From: the human T2T-CHM13v2.0 reference genome, Homo sapiens
DNA: 64,000 nucleotides
Strand: one strand, 5' to 3'
NCBI RefSeq assembly: GCF_009914755.1
Contig: NC_060926.1
The position numbers and the translations under genes are program-made. Shown here piece after piece: positions 12,880 to 33,264 of this stretch. Under the pieces are notes generated by a model that worked only from the letters and a program-made list of their open reading frames with translations, was not told where the DNA came from and did no database searches. Position 1 is the stretch's first letter, and each line of letters starts with the position of its first letter.

Positions 12880-14340
12880 TTCTTCCTTCATAGCTGTCAC
12901 ACAGAGGAAACCCAAGACAGCAACATATTCTGGAAGCCAGGTGAGGAGAGTTTCTAAGAGGGAGAGAGTGAAAAATTCTGTCAAATGTCAAATTCTTTTC
13001 AAGGAAGATGAAGCCTGAGAATTGAGCACTGGATTTAGCAATGTGGAAGTTACTGGTGAGCTTGATAGGAGCAAATTGGGGGAAAAAATGAAATAAATTT
13101 CAATTAGAGTAGGTTCAACAGAGAGCAGGAACAGCTAAATTAGAGGCAATGATAAACAGCTTTTTCAAAGAGCTGTGTTTTGTTTTGTTACTTTTTTTTC
13201 TTAAGGTAAGGAAAAGAATGGGCATTAGCTACAAAGACAATAGGATGATGAAAGGTTTTACCAGACAATACAGACAAAAAAGAGAGGATACACTGATGAG
13301 AGAGGAGAGAAGAAAATGGCTGGAACAATGACTTGAGTAGGTTAGAGCAGAGGGGATCCAGGGCTGTACTGGAGGGGCTGGCCTTCAGAAATGGGGATGG
13401 CTCAACTATATCGCAGGAAGAGAGTTGGAACATGTGTACACACATGCATCAGGGGAGGACATGGAGGGTGTCTTCTGATGGCTTCAGTTTTCTTAGTTAC
13501 ACAGGAAGCAAAGCCATAAGCTGGGAATGAGGATGGGGGAGGAGGTGTTGGAATCTGAGAAGAGAGAAGGTAAGAAATAACCACATAGGAGAGTAGAACA
13601 GTAAATTATCTAGGGAAATACAGTACAATTGCTAGGCAGTGTTAATCGCCCTGGTAATGTTAATGATCATGAATCTATATTGATGTCGTTAGTGGATTTT
13701 TCTCTAGATATATTCATTTGTGTGAGTGTAGTCACAGTGTAGGCAGAATGTCAAATTTAACTAGGGTTTGGCTTTATCCAAGAGAGTTTGATGAACAAAA
13801 GTAAGGCAGAGAAGTTGGGGGCAAATTTAAGGGAGTGATTATAATGAGTGACCATGAAATTTAAGCAAGATAATGAGGAAGTAAGTGAGGCTGCAAGGAA
13901 AACCAGCAGGATCAATAGACTGAAGACGGCAGGATGGATTGAGCCAAGTGACTAATTAGGGAAGAGAGTTCCAGGCAGATTGTAGTTGTTTGTGAGGTTG
14001 GGGGACTATTGGAATTGGGGTTCAGGAAATGAGTTGAAAAATAGCAGTTATTGACCAGAATAGTAAGCTGCTTAAAATTGATGTTATGGAGGGTTTGCAG
14101 TTATGGTAAAAGTACAATTGTTTATCCATGGGAATAAGTGGCCAAGGTAAAGAGGAGAACAATATCTCTAGAAGTGGGGAGGCCAAGGAACTGAGAGAAC
14201 AGACATTGGAAAGGATCTGCTATAGGGATACTGAACTCACTAATAAGTAGGAGAGAATTAGAGGTAGACAAAGTGAAACATAAGTTAATTATCTCCAAAG
14301 ATTAACAAGCAGTAACCAGGAAGTGCTGGTGATATATGGT
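12880..14340 (-). mobile_element. L2 LINE fragments
   Basis: Purine-rich L2 signature GCACTGGATTTAGCAATGTGGAAGTTACTGGTGA; boundaries rough. Confidence 0.65.
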
Positions 14341-14419
14341 GGCACGAGGGTAGAGATGACCTCAACAAACCCAGTCACTTCCAGAATGCATACAGATCTG
14401 GCTTAAAATGTTCTGGTCA

Positions 14420-14719
<300 letters not shown>

Positions 14720-14885
14720 TCATTCCACACAAGCAAGTGGGTAATGAGGGACCATTGTTTCATGCTAGTGTTCTTATTCTCGCCATTATTTTTTTTCAGT
14801 TTTAATTGAGCTCGTGAATATTAGAGAAGAAAGAAAAAAAGGAAAGAATGTGGAGTGATGATAATTCAGTTAGTTTAATCCAGCT

Positions 14886-15374
14886 CAGTAATTAGTTTCA
14901 AAGTGTGGTTTGGGAACCCCTGGGGTTCCCTAAGACCTTTTTTCAGGTCATAACTATTCTCTTAATGATACTAAGATGTCATTTGCTGTTTTTGCTCTTT
15001 TCGTCTTGGGAGTGTACAGTGAAGTTTTCCAGAGGCTAGATAACTTATGATAGCAAAATATGATAATAAACACTGAGTACAGAAGCAAACATGAGAATCC
15101 ACCTGTCTTCTATTAAGTCATGTAAAACAATGGCATTTTTCTTGTTATTTTTCCTGTTTTGGAATACACAGTCTTTTTCATAAAAAGTATTATTTATGTT
15201 AACTTGTAATGGAACTATTCTTTTAACTTAAATCAATAAAATGAATATTTAGGACTTTCTGTTTAATTTTGGATATGTTAAATGTTAATCGATATAGCCT
15301 GCATAAACAAAAGTCCTTTGGGGATAGCCAATTTTTAAGAGGGGCCTGGAGACCAGAAAGTTTGAGAAGCTCTG
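14886..15374 (+). mobile_element. hAT-Charlie fossil (Charlie4a-like)
   Basis: TTTCAAAGTGTGG...GAGAATCCACCTGTCTTCTATTAAG...AAAGTTTGAGAAGCTCTG. Confidence 0.75.
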
Positions 15375-16074
15375 ATTTTTGTCACTTACTAGAAGGCGAA
15401 GACTGGGAAGCCTGAGAGGTTGGACATATCGAGAGAAGTGGAGGTGAAGGGTCCTGCATAAACACTTCTAACCACTGTGACCTGCAACATGTTATAATAT
15501 CAACTCCCTGAGGCTCTAGCAGGGGACATGCACAGGTCATAAAGTTTCTCTCCTAGCTATGGAAGTTCTCCTTACTTTGAATATCACTAGATGTATTTAT
15601 TGAATTAGTAATTGTTATGAAAAATTGAGCAATAAATCAATCTGTATAAGAAAATGGTATATCTTTGAAATTTCCATAAAGCTCAACTGTTTTAAAGGCT
15701 TAGAAGTTTGCCTTTCTTTTTTGATTATGAAAGTAATACATGTCAGTATAGAAAATGTAAAAAATTCTGAAAAGCATTAAGTGACTAGGAGTTAGTTATA
15801 ATTTTACCTCTCAGAGAGAATAAGTTAGCTTACTACCCGTTTTCTTCTGTCTCTATTTTTTAAACAAATATGTTACCATGCTGTATATATCATTTGAAAT
15901 CATTATGTTTAATGGAGCAAAATATCCCATTTGAATTATATAATAATAAATTTAGCCAATCTACCTATAGTTAGTTAGATGTGAAAATATCCCCTCCATT
16001 TTTTTCATCTTTTATAATGTATGTTTGAATATGCTTCTCTCTATATCTCTATATATTACTTTATTCTGCACGTG

Positions 16075-16099
16075 CACACACACACACACACACACACAC
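16075..16099 (+). repeat. (CA)n microsatellite
   Basis: About 12 perfect CA units. Confidence 0.95.
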
Positions 16100-17249
16100 G
16101 CCAAAAACTATGTATATGCAGTTGTCTACATCACTGTTTCAAAGCATTCATTTTGCTGAAGGAAATAAATACTGCAAAGTTGGAACTTCCTTCCAAATTG
16201 ACTTATATCTATTGTTATTGCTATTTTTAAATTTATTAGCAATTCCAATACAAGTGCCATTGTAGAATTTTTTTAAAAAAACTGATTAAATAAACCTAAA
16301 TTTCATTTGGATAAATTAATGGATAAAAAATATTTTGAAAACAAAAACATAATTGAAGATGAATACTGGTGACAGCAGGTTTTAGAAGGTATTGTAAAAC
16401 AAAAATAATTAAAACAGCGTGGTTTTATAGTAAGGATTGACAGATAAAGGAAAGAAATTCCTAGGAAATATTGTCTAGCACACTTAAAAATTTAGTATAT
16501 GGTTAAAGGCAGTATCACAAATAAGTAGTGACACTAATGAATGTTCAATAACCAGTGCGAAAATATCATTAACTCTGTGGAAAGCAATAAACAAAAACAA
16601 AAACGCAAATCCCATTTAAGTTATTGAGATAATTAGAATAAAAGATGTATGGTGCCATCTAGTGGTTAAACGTGTAATTGCATACATACTGTTCTATGTA
16701 GAGTCTAATGGCAGAAATTTAAACCTGATGGAGAATTGAAGGGAGGTAAATTATTCATTAATAAAAAGGTTTACATCTCACACTTCAGCACTAATTTAAG
16801 AAAATATTTTTAAATACTGACTGTTTCCGAGAATATTATAAACGGTAGCCTATATAGTGATCCTGCATGAACATACAAGAAATTGCAGTTCCAGACATTC
16901 ACATAAACAAGCATGCCAACCTGTCAGACTTTTTTTTAGTAACACAATGAAACAAAAGAACAATTTGAGTAAAAGCATGCTGATTGGAAATTCATACATG
17001 AGAGCAGAGCCTGCCAGCAGTTATAGTTTTGAATAAAGAACACCAGGGGAGCAACCTGTCCTCTGGCCCATGGGGACTAATGGAGAGCCAGAGCTTGCCC
17101 TGGGCCAGTGGCCAGTGCAGTTGGGTAGTTCTTGGTCTCAGTGGAGACTGCACATCTCCCAACTGGCCTCAGGCACAAGCTATACACACGCAGCCATCTC
17201 CACACTGGGTCTGTGCCTCCAGTCTTCCCATCCATCAGTCCATGGAGGC

Positions 17250-17772
17250 TGCTGCAAGGATGCGTGGCTAATCTAGAAAGCAGCCCTGCCTTCCATCTCT
17301 GGGAACGCACTCTCCTTCCCATTCAGTGGCTGCAGCAGCAGCTGCCCCGTTGGAATGCACAGAGCTTCCTGGCCCCAGCTCCTTGGTCCAGAGATGAGCT
17401 CCTAGACTAAAGCTGGGCCTATACGTCTTCTTCCTTGGAATTTTGAATTTGGAAACAAGAGAATTGGGCCAGTCTGTCTCTGGATTGTCAAGACTGGGAG
17501 CTTAAAATTCAGAAGCTTTGGGTGTCCATTAGTGTAAGCTGGAGAAACAGAAAGAGCAAGTGGAGAGGAAGAAGCCCAAAGAAGCAGCAGCGGGCGATGA
17601 ATGAGGCAGCACCACTGTGCTCCCCCTCCCTAGCTCTGTTGCTTTGCTCTTTTTGGATGCTCAGTTACTCCTTGGATTCCTTGGATTCCCAGTATTCCTC
17701 AGATAAGCCTTTCCTTTTGCTGAAGCAAATGTAAATGTTTTTCTGTCCTCTACATTTAAAAGTGTGCTAATA
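17250..17772 (+). mobile_element. Old ERVL-type LTR (LTR16/LTR33-like)
   Basis: GACTAAAGCTGGGCC..TTCCTTGGAATTTTG and 3' AAGCCTTTCCTTTTGCTGAAGC motifs; family uncertain. Confidence 0.45.
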
Positions 17773-17784
17773 AATATTTTGAAA

Positions 17785-18362
17785 GGACAAATCTGATCTG
17801 TATCATTCAACAGCTGCTCATTACCTGCACATCAAGTGCAAATTCTTTAGCATGGCTTTTGAGGCCTCTCATGACCTCTGAAGCCTCATCTCTGACTTGC
17901 CCTTGCTTTCTCCCTTCTCCCAGCCCCCCTCCCTCCTCCCTGTCTGTCCTCCATGCTCCAGCCACATTCCAATGCTTCTCACTTTCCACACTGCTGCATT
18001 CTACCAGCTTCTCACCACACCGTTCCCTCTCCATGAAATACTTCTCCACCACTCTTCCTCCCCCAGAAGCACTGAATCATCCTTCAGATCCCAGCTTAGG
18101 CATTATTTCCTCCCAAAGTCCTCTTAGGACCCCTAAGACTGGGTTGTTTGCTCTTCATATGCTATCCCATAGCACCTTGTTCGTAACTGTGTTGTAGCTT
18201 TTATTGCTTGGCATCAAAATGGCCTGTTTATTTGGAGGAGACACTAAGCTCTGTGAGGGAAGAACAGTATTTGCCTCACTGTCGTACCCCCCGCCCCAAT
18301 GCTTTATACTTTACCTAGAATACAGTTTGCGCCCAAATATTTGTTCAATAAACAAACGAATA
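17785..18362 (+). mobile_element. L2 3' end
   Basis: AAATCTGATCTG...CAAATTCTTTAGCATGGC...AAATATTTGTTCAATAAACAAACGAA. Confidence 0.7.
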
Positions 18363-19501
18363 TATACAGAGAACCATGTCTCTTATCTAAGTGAGAACAA
18401 CTGAGGCCCAAGTGTGCTGTAAACTTTTTTTCAGGAAAGTGTCCAATCAGCCTCATTTCTGCTTAGACTAGGGTCTGTAAATCTCTAATAATATTTTTGA
18501 GAGCTGCTGTCTCAGGCTTCACAACCAGACAAATGCTTTTAATGTATGCAACTTTCTCTTATGCTAAATCAGAGCGAAATGCACATGAATTGATATAAAG
18601 ATTATCTGCATTTTGTGGACATGGGTGGTCCAGACACCCACAAGGAGATAAATAAATGTTTGAGGTGGGTCCTTCAATGATTTTTACAACGGATGCCAAT
18701 TTGGCAAGCTTGACTGGGCCCTACCAGTGTGAGGAACCATGATTTTGGTATGATGTTGGGGAATTTGTGGCTTCCATCTGCTGGTTATCTCACAAAATGT
18801 AGAGCTGAGAAAAATCACATACTGATTAAATCATAGAATCCCACACTTGGAAGGGACTTCATGAGATGATCTGGGCCCGCCTCCTGAAGGTCAATGCATA
18901 AATCATCTTGTGCAGATGGCTGTTTATACTATTTTTAAAGCTCTTTAAGGATGGAGATTACACAGCTTCCCTTGGTAGTCTGATCTTCATGGTCAAGAAC
19001 TTCCTTTTTTAAAAGCCCAGCTCCTCACTGCAGTTTGGCTCATTTCCTCTTTTTGTCAGCTCTCTGTGAACATGGAGAACACATGATCAACCTTTCCTGC
19101 TAATTATCTCTGGCCCACACCTGTACCCTAGCAATTAATTATTAGGATTTATGCTATTTTTCCCCTCCCAAGCTATGCAGTTGCAATTCCTTAATTTTTT
19201 TCAGAAGACTTATTTTTTTCCTCCTCAATTACTTTTGTAATTTATACTTTTTCTCCTTAGAGTCTGTCCCATAGCTCATTATATAAAACTAGTAATAGCA
19301 GCTCTCCTCAAGTCCTAATCAGCTGTAAATAAACAGCAAAGCTTTCATCTTTTCTTACTCCAGTATCATATTTGCTGTTTAGATCACAGCACTTCCTTTT
19401 TGTTTGTGGTGTAGATTAGGTTCCACAATAAACTTCAAGCCTTTTACTGTCAAACTGCTACTTTCTACATGTCATATCTGTGTAATTCGCCTTTGTTTTT
19501 T

Positions 19502-19986
19502 TGATAGACTGAGTAATGCTCCCCCACCCCAAAGATGTCCGTGTCCTGGTCCCCAGGACTGTGAATATGTTACCTTGCCTGGCAAAAGGGACTTTGCAGA
19601 TATGAGTAAGGACCTTGAGATGGGGAGAGTATCCAGAATTATTCAGGTGGGCCCAATGTAATCACAGGGGTCCTTATCAAACAGAGGCCCGGAGGATCTG
19701 GGTAGGAGAGAAAAGATGGCCGCAGAGATGAGAGTGATGGGCTTTGAGGATGGAGGAAGGAGCCACAAGCCAAGCAATGCAGCCGCAGGAGCTGGAAAAG
19801 GCAAGGAAACGGACTTTCCCCTGGAACTCCCATGGAGAAGCATGGCCCTGACCTGCCCACACCTTGATAGTAGCTCATTGAAACCTGTTTGGGTTTCTGA
19901 TTTGCGGAGATGTAAAGCAATACATTTGTGTTGTTTTAAGCAGCTAAGTTTGTGGTGATTTGTTACAGCAGCAATAAGAAACATAC
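19502..19986 (+). mobile_element. MLT1C/D-like solo LTR
   Basis: GAATATGTTACCTT..GGCAAAAGGGACTTTGCAGAT...GGGCCCAATGTAATCACAGGGGTCCTTAT...TTTGTTACAGCAGCAATAAGAAAC. Confidence 0.88.
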
Positions 19987-21579
19987 AATTTACTAATATA
20001 ATAATCTGTGCTTGTCTTGAACGTCATGGTCTTATTCAACAGAGCATTTTTTGATTTATAGAGGTTTCTTGATACTGTGTTCTCATCATCCAAAGCCACA
20101 TCAAAATGAGTGGTTATTTACTAGACTATTGATAACCTTAACTTCTTATCAACTGTTTTAAAGTAATTTATGTACTAGAGGATTCCATTTATTGAACAGG
20201 TTCTATGTACCACATATTTGAGCTTGGAATGTGCTATCTCACTTAAGCGTGACAACAAAACCACAAGGCAGAGATTATTATCGGAGCCCCATTTTACTGG
20301 GGCTTGGAGCAGTGCAGCAGTGCAGCTAGTTGCTAATGGAGCTGACAGTCAAGCTCCAGCCTGCTTGATTTTAAAGTCTATCCTCTCTCTACCATGATGA
20401 CCTGCCACTGTGCTGTGCTCACTTTCTCTAGTGGAGTACAAAATTGTGAAGAATCTGAAGCATTGAATTTTCAAGGAAGATGTGTTACTATATGTAATTT
20501 TCTTGGGAAAAAAAAGCTGGTTTCCTAGAAATGCTATGTAATTATTCCAGATGTCAGATTGAAATGATTTCAAACACCCAAACCAAAATTATAATTGTTG
20601 AAAAGTGAGAGGGATCACTCAAAAACATTAGTTGGGAAAGCAAAAGCTCTCTCTGTCTTGGCAGGAACCTATACTTTCCCTGGGGAAATATCATTTCTAA
20701 GGAGCAAAACTTCTGAATTAGTTTTCAGCAAAGTATGCTTTAAATTCTTCTGTCCTATGAAAGTTTCTGACATCGTGTCATTCTTCAGTTGAATTCTGTT
20801 GCCTACATAATTTGACATGTGAGACAAGGAGGGATGCTATTTTACTTCCATGATCCTCTTCCTTTTCTCGGTTCTCTCTGTTTGGAAGAGAGGAGAGTGC
20901 AACTTTATTTTTAATACTAACCTTTTCCAGCTACGCTTTCCATGTGGTCTGCTGAGGCTGGGAGGATATATACGTTTGTTTTCAAGTCATCTCATTTTAA
21001 ACTGACCAGCAAATATTTAATCAGCCAACAACTATCCCTTGGTTCTGCTAACTAGTCCTCTCCCTCTCCCTTTTTACTGAACAATTAGTACATTTTCTTA
21101 GTATCATAGTAAACACTATGCAGATACAGCTTCAATTTCTGCCTCTCTTCCAACCACACTGCTTCACCTATGTCCCTGATATATAAATCTGACAGCTTCT
21201 CTCCATCCTGTACCTCCTGGCAGATCTTAAAAGACCACAATGATCTACACTGTTATCTGCATCCCTTACTTACTTGTCTCTTCTTAATGCACTATAATTC
21301 AATCTGCCGCATCATTCCTTTGTGAGACCATGAAACTTGTCTCACAAAAACTTGGGTTCTTGTGGGATGGGAGTGGGAGTAGATGTCCACTTGGCATCTT
21401 TTATGTGTCCCAAGCTAAACCTCCTATTTCCCCTCTAGCCTCTAAAACTCACTCTTTGACCTGTTTTTGCCTTTCAGTGAATGGCATAATTTAGATGTCA
21501 AGCCAGAAATCTAGGATGTAACTCTATACTGCTTTCTTTTATCCATGTCATCTTCATTACCTTAAAAGAAGTAATTCTA

Positions 21580-21865
21580 GGTCAGGCACAGAATCTCAGC
21601 ACTTTAGGAGGCTGAGATGGGAGGATTGCTTGAGCCCAGGAGTTCAAGAACAGCTTGGGCAACATAGTGAGACCTCGTCTCTACATTAAATAGAAAAATT
21701 AGCTGGGCATGGTGGCGTGCACCTATATTCCCAGCTACTTGGGAGACTGAGGTTGGGGATGGCTTGAGCCTGGGAGGTGGAGGTTGCAGTGAGCCAAGAT
21801 TGTGCCATTGAACTCCAGCCTGGGCAACAACAGAGTAAGACCCTGTCTCAAAAAAAAAAAAAAAA
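21580..21865 (+). mobile_element. AluJ
   Basis: GGAGGATTGCTTGAGCCCAGGAGTTCAAG diagnostic; short internal deletion near the 5' end; poly(A). Confidence 0.93.
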
Positions 21866-21928
21866 TAGTAGTTTCACTTACCTCCTCCTGCTCACTCTTG
21901 GTTTCTTAATTCAAGCCTTCATCTTTTT

Positions 21929-23715
21929 TAAAAAAATTAATTTTGTGGGTATATTATAGGTGTGTATATTTATGGGGTACACGAGATATTTTGATACACA
22001 TTAGGGTAAATGAGATATCTGTCACCTCAAGCATTTATCCTTTGTACTGCAAGCAATTCAATTATACTCTTTTAGCTATTTTAAAATGTGCAGTTAAATT
22101 ATTTTCGACTATAGTAACTCTGTTGCACTCTCAATTACTAGGTCTTATTCATTCTTTCTATTTTTTTTTTGTACCCAGTAACCCACTTCCCCTCTCATTC
22201 CTCCACTGCCCTTCCCAGCCTCTGATAACCTTCCTTTTACTCTCTATCTCCATGAGTTCAATTCTTTTAATTTTCAGCACACACAAATAAGAACATGTGA
22301 AGTTTGTCTTTCTGTGCCTGGTTTATTTTACTTAACATAATGACCTCCAGTTCTATCCATATTGTTGCAAATGACAGGATCTCATTCGTTTTTATGGCTG
22401 AATAGTACCCTGTGTACATGTACCACATTTCCTTTATCCATTCATCTGTTGATGGACACAGGTTGCTTCCAAATCTTGGCAATTGTGAACAGTGCTGCAA
22501 TAAACATGGGAGGGCAGAATCTCTTTGATATACTCATTTCCCTTCTTTTGAGTATGTACCCATCAGTGAGATAGCTGGATCATATGGTAGCTCTATTTTT
22601 AGTTTCTTAAGGAACCTCCAAACTGTTCTCCATAGTGCTTGTACTAATTTACATTTCCACCAACAGTGTACAAGGGTCTCTTTTCTCTATATCCTCTCTA
22701 GCATTTGTTATTGTCTGTCTTTTGGATAAAAGCCATTTTAACTGGGGTGAAATTATATCTCATTGTAGTTTTGATCTGCATTTCTCTGATGATCAGTGAT
22801 GTTGAGCACCTTTTCATACACCTGTTTGCCATTTGCAAGCCTTCTTTTGAGAAATGTCTACTCAGATCTTTTGCCCATTTACAAATCAGATTACTACACT
22901 TTTTTACTAGATAGTTGTTTGGGCTCCTCATATATTTTGGTTATTAATCCCTTGTCAGATGGGATTAATATTTGCAAATTTTTCTCCCATTCTGTGGGTT
23001 ACCTCTAAACTTTGTTGAGTGTTTCCTTTGCTGTGAAGAAGGTTTTTAACTTGATGTGATCTCATTTGTCCATTTTTGCTTTGGTTGCCTGTGCTTGTGG
23101 GGTATTACTCAGAAAATCATTGCCCAGACCAATGTTTTGAAGAGTTTCCCCAGTGTTTTCTTTTAGTAGTTTCATAGTTTCTGGTCTTAGATTTAAATCC
23201 TTAATCCATTTTGATTTAATTTTTGTATATGGTGGGAGATAGAGATCTAGTTTCATTCTTTTGCATACAGATGTACAGTTTTCCCAGCGTCATTTATTGA
23301 AAAGATTGTCTTCTCCCAAATGTATGTTCTTGGCACCCTTGCTAAAAATGAGTTCACTGTAGATATATGGATTTCTTTCTGGGTTCTCTATTCTGTTCCA
23401 TTGGTTTATGTGTCTATTTTTAAGCCAATACCATGCTGTTTTGGTTACTACAGCTCTGTAGTATAATTTGAAGTCAGATAATGTGATTATTCCAGTTTTG
23501 CTCTTTTTGCTCATTATAGCTTTGGCTTTTCTGGGTCTTTTGCAGTTCCATATAAATTTTAGAATTTTTTTCTCTTTCTGTGAAGAATGTCATTGGTATT
23601 TTGAGCGATTACATTGAATTTGTAGATTGCTTTGGGTGTATGGAAATTTAACAATGTTTATTCTTCCAATCTATGAACATGGAATATCTTTCCACTTTTT
23701 GGTGTCCTCTTGAAC
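21929..23715 (-). mobile_element. 5'-truncated L1 (L1MA-type 3' end) with disrupted ORF2 C-terminus
   Basis: ORF2 remnants [55 protein letters not shown]; degenerate TSD at 21914-21928 / 23716-23730. Confidence 0.95.
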
Positions 23716-23910
23716 AGTCTTTATCATTTTTCAGCTACATTACTGAAACATTCCCCAAACTGCTACTTTCCTTTAATTTTTAAGTTTTTGTTGTTGTTGT
23801 TGCTGTTGTTGTTTTTATGAAACCAATGGTGACTTCTTAGGTGGAGGTGACATAGATATATAAGTCCAAAGCAAAAGACACCTATAGTATTAAGGTGGCC
23901 AAAGGAATAA

Positions 23911-24221
<311 letters not shown>

Positions 24222-24634
24222 AAGAACTTTATTTTTAATGGTGAGAGAAATTGAAATGAGATTGAAGACATGGAAATGTAGGGGACAGCTTTGAAACATA
24301 TGTGGACTAGTGGGCTCCTAAATACTTACCTCTCAGAATATTATGCTATACTTGAACACCAGTAGATAAAATGTAGTCTATGCGAGCATATATTTTTCCA
24401 TGAGTGTTTGTGTGGTGAGAAGAGCTGACTTTTTAGAATTGTAAACAGAATCACCAGCTATGGCTTCAAAATATTGAGTTATTACTACTCAATATTATCA
24501 TTATTTTGTCTTCATGGGTATTTTATTACTAACTTGGAACATGATAGCTTTTTTACTTTTTCTCTTTATTTTTATTTCATTTGTAATTTATTATGATACA
24601 CTTATGACATTCAAAAATATATAAAGAACGATTA

Positions 24635-24961
<327 letters not shown>

Positions 24962-25234
24962 TTAAATGAACACCTATATACTCACCACCAACCTTAAAAT
25001 ATAAAATTCCAAATACAGTAATTATTGGAGCACCTGTGCCCAGTGCCCCCTTCTCCCCTGCACTCCCACTATTCTGAAATTTGACTTCTTTCTCCTGCCC
25101 GTGTATATTTACTTTTAATGCCCCAATTTACAAGGGCTCTCACTTACCTAATGTAGGATCTCAGCTACTCTACCCCACCGTTGAAACAAAAAATTTAGGC
25201 CTAATCCTTGTTTAATCATTTTTTTTTAAAATCC

Positions 25235-25420
25235 TGGAGTGTGTTGGCACTGGGCTTACCTACTGAGAAGAGGCAGTTGTGCACACCTCTTCCCAAATCC
25301 ACGTTCAGTTTGAGATTACCATGGTGGGAGTAGTTACATCATGGAAATTGGCAAATACTACAAATCAGGGATCTTCCCTGACCCTCCCAGGAGAATGGTG
25401 TTACCTGCACAATACTGCCC
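25235..25420 (+). mobile_element. MER63A-like MITE
   Basis: TGTGCACACCTCTTCCCAA...CCATGGTGGGAGTA..TACA...GGAAATTGGCAAATACTACAAATCAGGG. Confidence 0.75.
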
Positions 25421-25544
25421 ACTGCTCATCTTCCACATCCAATTTGTTCTGTTAGTTATCCCCCAGGCTGTATTTCAGTTCTGCCCATTGATCTCAGATC
25501 TATTGCTACATCCTTGGCCAAACCATTATTAGCTTTTTCTTTTT

Positions 25545-31050
<5,506 letters not shown>

Positions 31051-31057
31051 TGAACTG

Positions 31058-31996
31058 CAGTTGATCCTCATTATTTACAGATACCATATTTGCAAACTCA
31101 CCTACTCACTAAAATTTATTTTTAACCCCAAATCAATACTCAGAGCACTTTCATGTTTATTCACAGACAGGTACAGAGTGGTGAAAAACTTAAGTCCCCC
31201 AATGCACACAATCCCAGCTGAGTTAGAAAAAAGGTGACACTCTGCCTTATTGTTTCAGCTCTCAGACAATAAACAAGTATCCTTTGAGCAGTCAGTTCAG
31301 TGCCACTTTTTCACATTTTTGTACTTTCTTTGGTGATTTCTGTCTTTAAAAATGGCTCCTGGCTTGTTGCTGTGACTTTTGCCTGTAATCTCAGCACTTT
31401 GGAAGGTTGAGGCAGGCAGATCACTTGAACCCAGGAGTTTGAGACCAGCCAGGGCAACATGGGGGAATACAAAAAATACAAAAGTTAGCCGGGCATGGTG
31501 GTGCACACCTGTAGTCCCAGCTACTTGAGAGGCTAAGGTGGGAGGAACGCTTGGGCACAGAAAGTTAAGGCTGCAGTGAGCCATGATTACACCACTGTAC
31601 TCCAGCCTGGGTAACAGAGCAAGACCCTGTCTCAAGAAAAAAAATAAAGAGACTCCTAAATGTAGTGCTGAAGTGCTGTCCAGTGTCTGTAAGTTCAAGA
31701 AGCAGCTGAATTTGTGGATTCATGAGATGACTACTAATTTATAAAAGCATAATGGACAGCACTGCTGTAAGGTTGAAAGCTAAATAACTGTATAGTCACA
31801 TTACCCAAGGTCAAGAAAATGTTAAACCCTTTGTAGGTAGTGCTGGCTTGTACATTTCAAAAGGTGATACAGCATGAAAAGTGTTAAACTTGCAGGTAAA
31901 TGAGGGAGCTTCTGCAGATCAGGAGGCTGCAGAAGAATTTTTAAAATACCTGTTAAGTGCTACTTGGGGAAAGGTTATGTGGAAGAGCAGGTTTTC
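31058..31996 (+). mobile_element. MER6-like TcMar-Tigger element with transposase remnants, interrupted by an Alu and truncated on the right
   Basis: Left TIR CAGTTGATCCTCATTATT; decayed frames read LNLWIHEM and EGASADQEAAEEF, followed by GYVEEQVF (pogo/Tigger HTH-to-DDE linker). Confidence 0.8.
31361..31645 (+). mobile_element. AluJ inside MER6
   Basis: Degenerate TSD AAAATGGCTCCT / AAAGAGACTCCT. Confidence 0.93.
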
Positions 31997-32105
31997 TTTT
32001 CTTTTTTTTTTTTTTTAGTGAAAAATCTGTAATTCTTTATTTGAAACAATGCAATCAAAAGAATAAAAACACTCAGACTCTAGAACATAAAAGCAAAAAA
32101 CGTGC
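31992..32105 (-). pseudogene. Putative retroposed mRNA 3' end of unidentified origin
   Basis: Poly(A) tail (T15 at 32002-32016) 19 nt downstream of AATAAA (32036-32041), U-rich body, not Alu- or L1-like; 5' boundary unknown. Confidence 0.45.
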
Positions 32106-32359
32106 AAAATTTGCAATAGAGAAAGTAAAAGGGTAACAGACCAGCAAATAGTGTATACTCAGTCTCAGCAGAAAGGGAATAATTTCATTTTAAAACTCTT
32201 GAGTATTCCTAATTTGACCTATCAAATAATATTTTTTTTCATGTGATTATGACAAATAATCCAAGCATGCTGACCAACAGCCTGCAATGAGCAGGTCACC
32301 CCACAGCACAAGTGTAGCAAAAATGTTAACACTGGAAAGGTTGAGGGGCTATTCTGTCC

Positions 32360-32533
32360 AGAATATTCCAACCTCAATGCATATATGATTCAATTGGGGA
32401 TCTTGTTCAAATGTAGATTCTGATATGGGGCCTCTAGGATGGGTCCACACATTCTGCATTTTGTAACTGTTTCCCTGTGGATATTGATGCTATCTGACCT
32501 GCTGTGTGGTCCACTCTTTGAGGATCAAGGCTG
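32360..32533. mobile_element. MER5-type hAT-Charlie MITE
   Basis: CTTGTTCAAATGTAGATTCTG...ATTCTGCATTTT...CCACTCTTTGAG. Confidence 0.7.
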
Positions 32534-32784
32534 TGCTCCCATATTAGACTCACATGGAAATACTTTGAGGACATCTCCAGCAAGAATCCTATAATGTTTT
32601 ATATTCAAAAATATATTTTAAATATTTTTGAATATATCTACCTCCTCATTTTCTATTAACAAAATATTATATGTTCATTCAACTTGATTCCTTTACTCCT
32701 TCATGCTCATTATTTAATCTTTGTCTATAATTAAGGATATAAAATGCTATAAAAGTTTTATGCTGAATATTCTTCAATAATTCT

Positions 32785-33087
<303 letters not shown>

Positions 33088-33264
33088 TCTTCAATAATTC
33101 TTTGTTGGATAATTTACTTTTATTCTATTCTTAGGGAGTCCAAGGTTCCGGAAACCTGCTTGAACTTAAATCAGGCCAACACATCCCCATACTACAAACA
33201 TAACAGAAAAGTGAGCCCTGGGTATTTCAACTCTGACTGTGGAAATATGCCCTTTAATTTTAAT

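Noticed and set aside
22267-23514. ORFs resembling a reverse-transcriptase protein C-terminus
   Set aside because: Frameshifted, stop-riddled L1 ORF2 fossil; 5'-truncated and inactive
31297-31698. 133-aa ORF and similar ORFs (2432, 14557, 24713, 32803, 50747, 54463, 56320, 56373)
   Set aside because: Alu-derived translations ([25 protein letters not shown] signatures)
31660-31996. Possible domesticated Tigger transposase gene
   Set aside because: Short, with stops and frameshifts, and truncated before the DDE catalytic region
32289-32296. GAGCAGGT as TSD partner of the poly(T) insert at 31992
   Set aside because: Only 8 bp, and MER6 sequence does not resume after it
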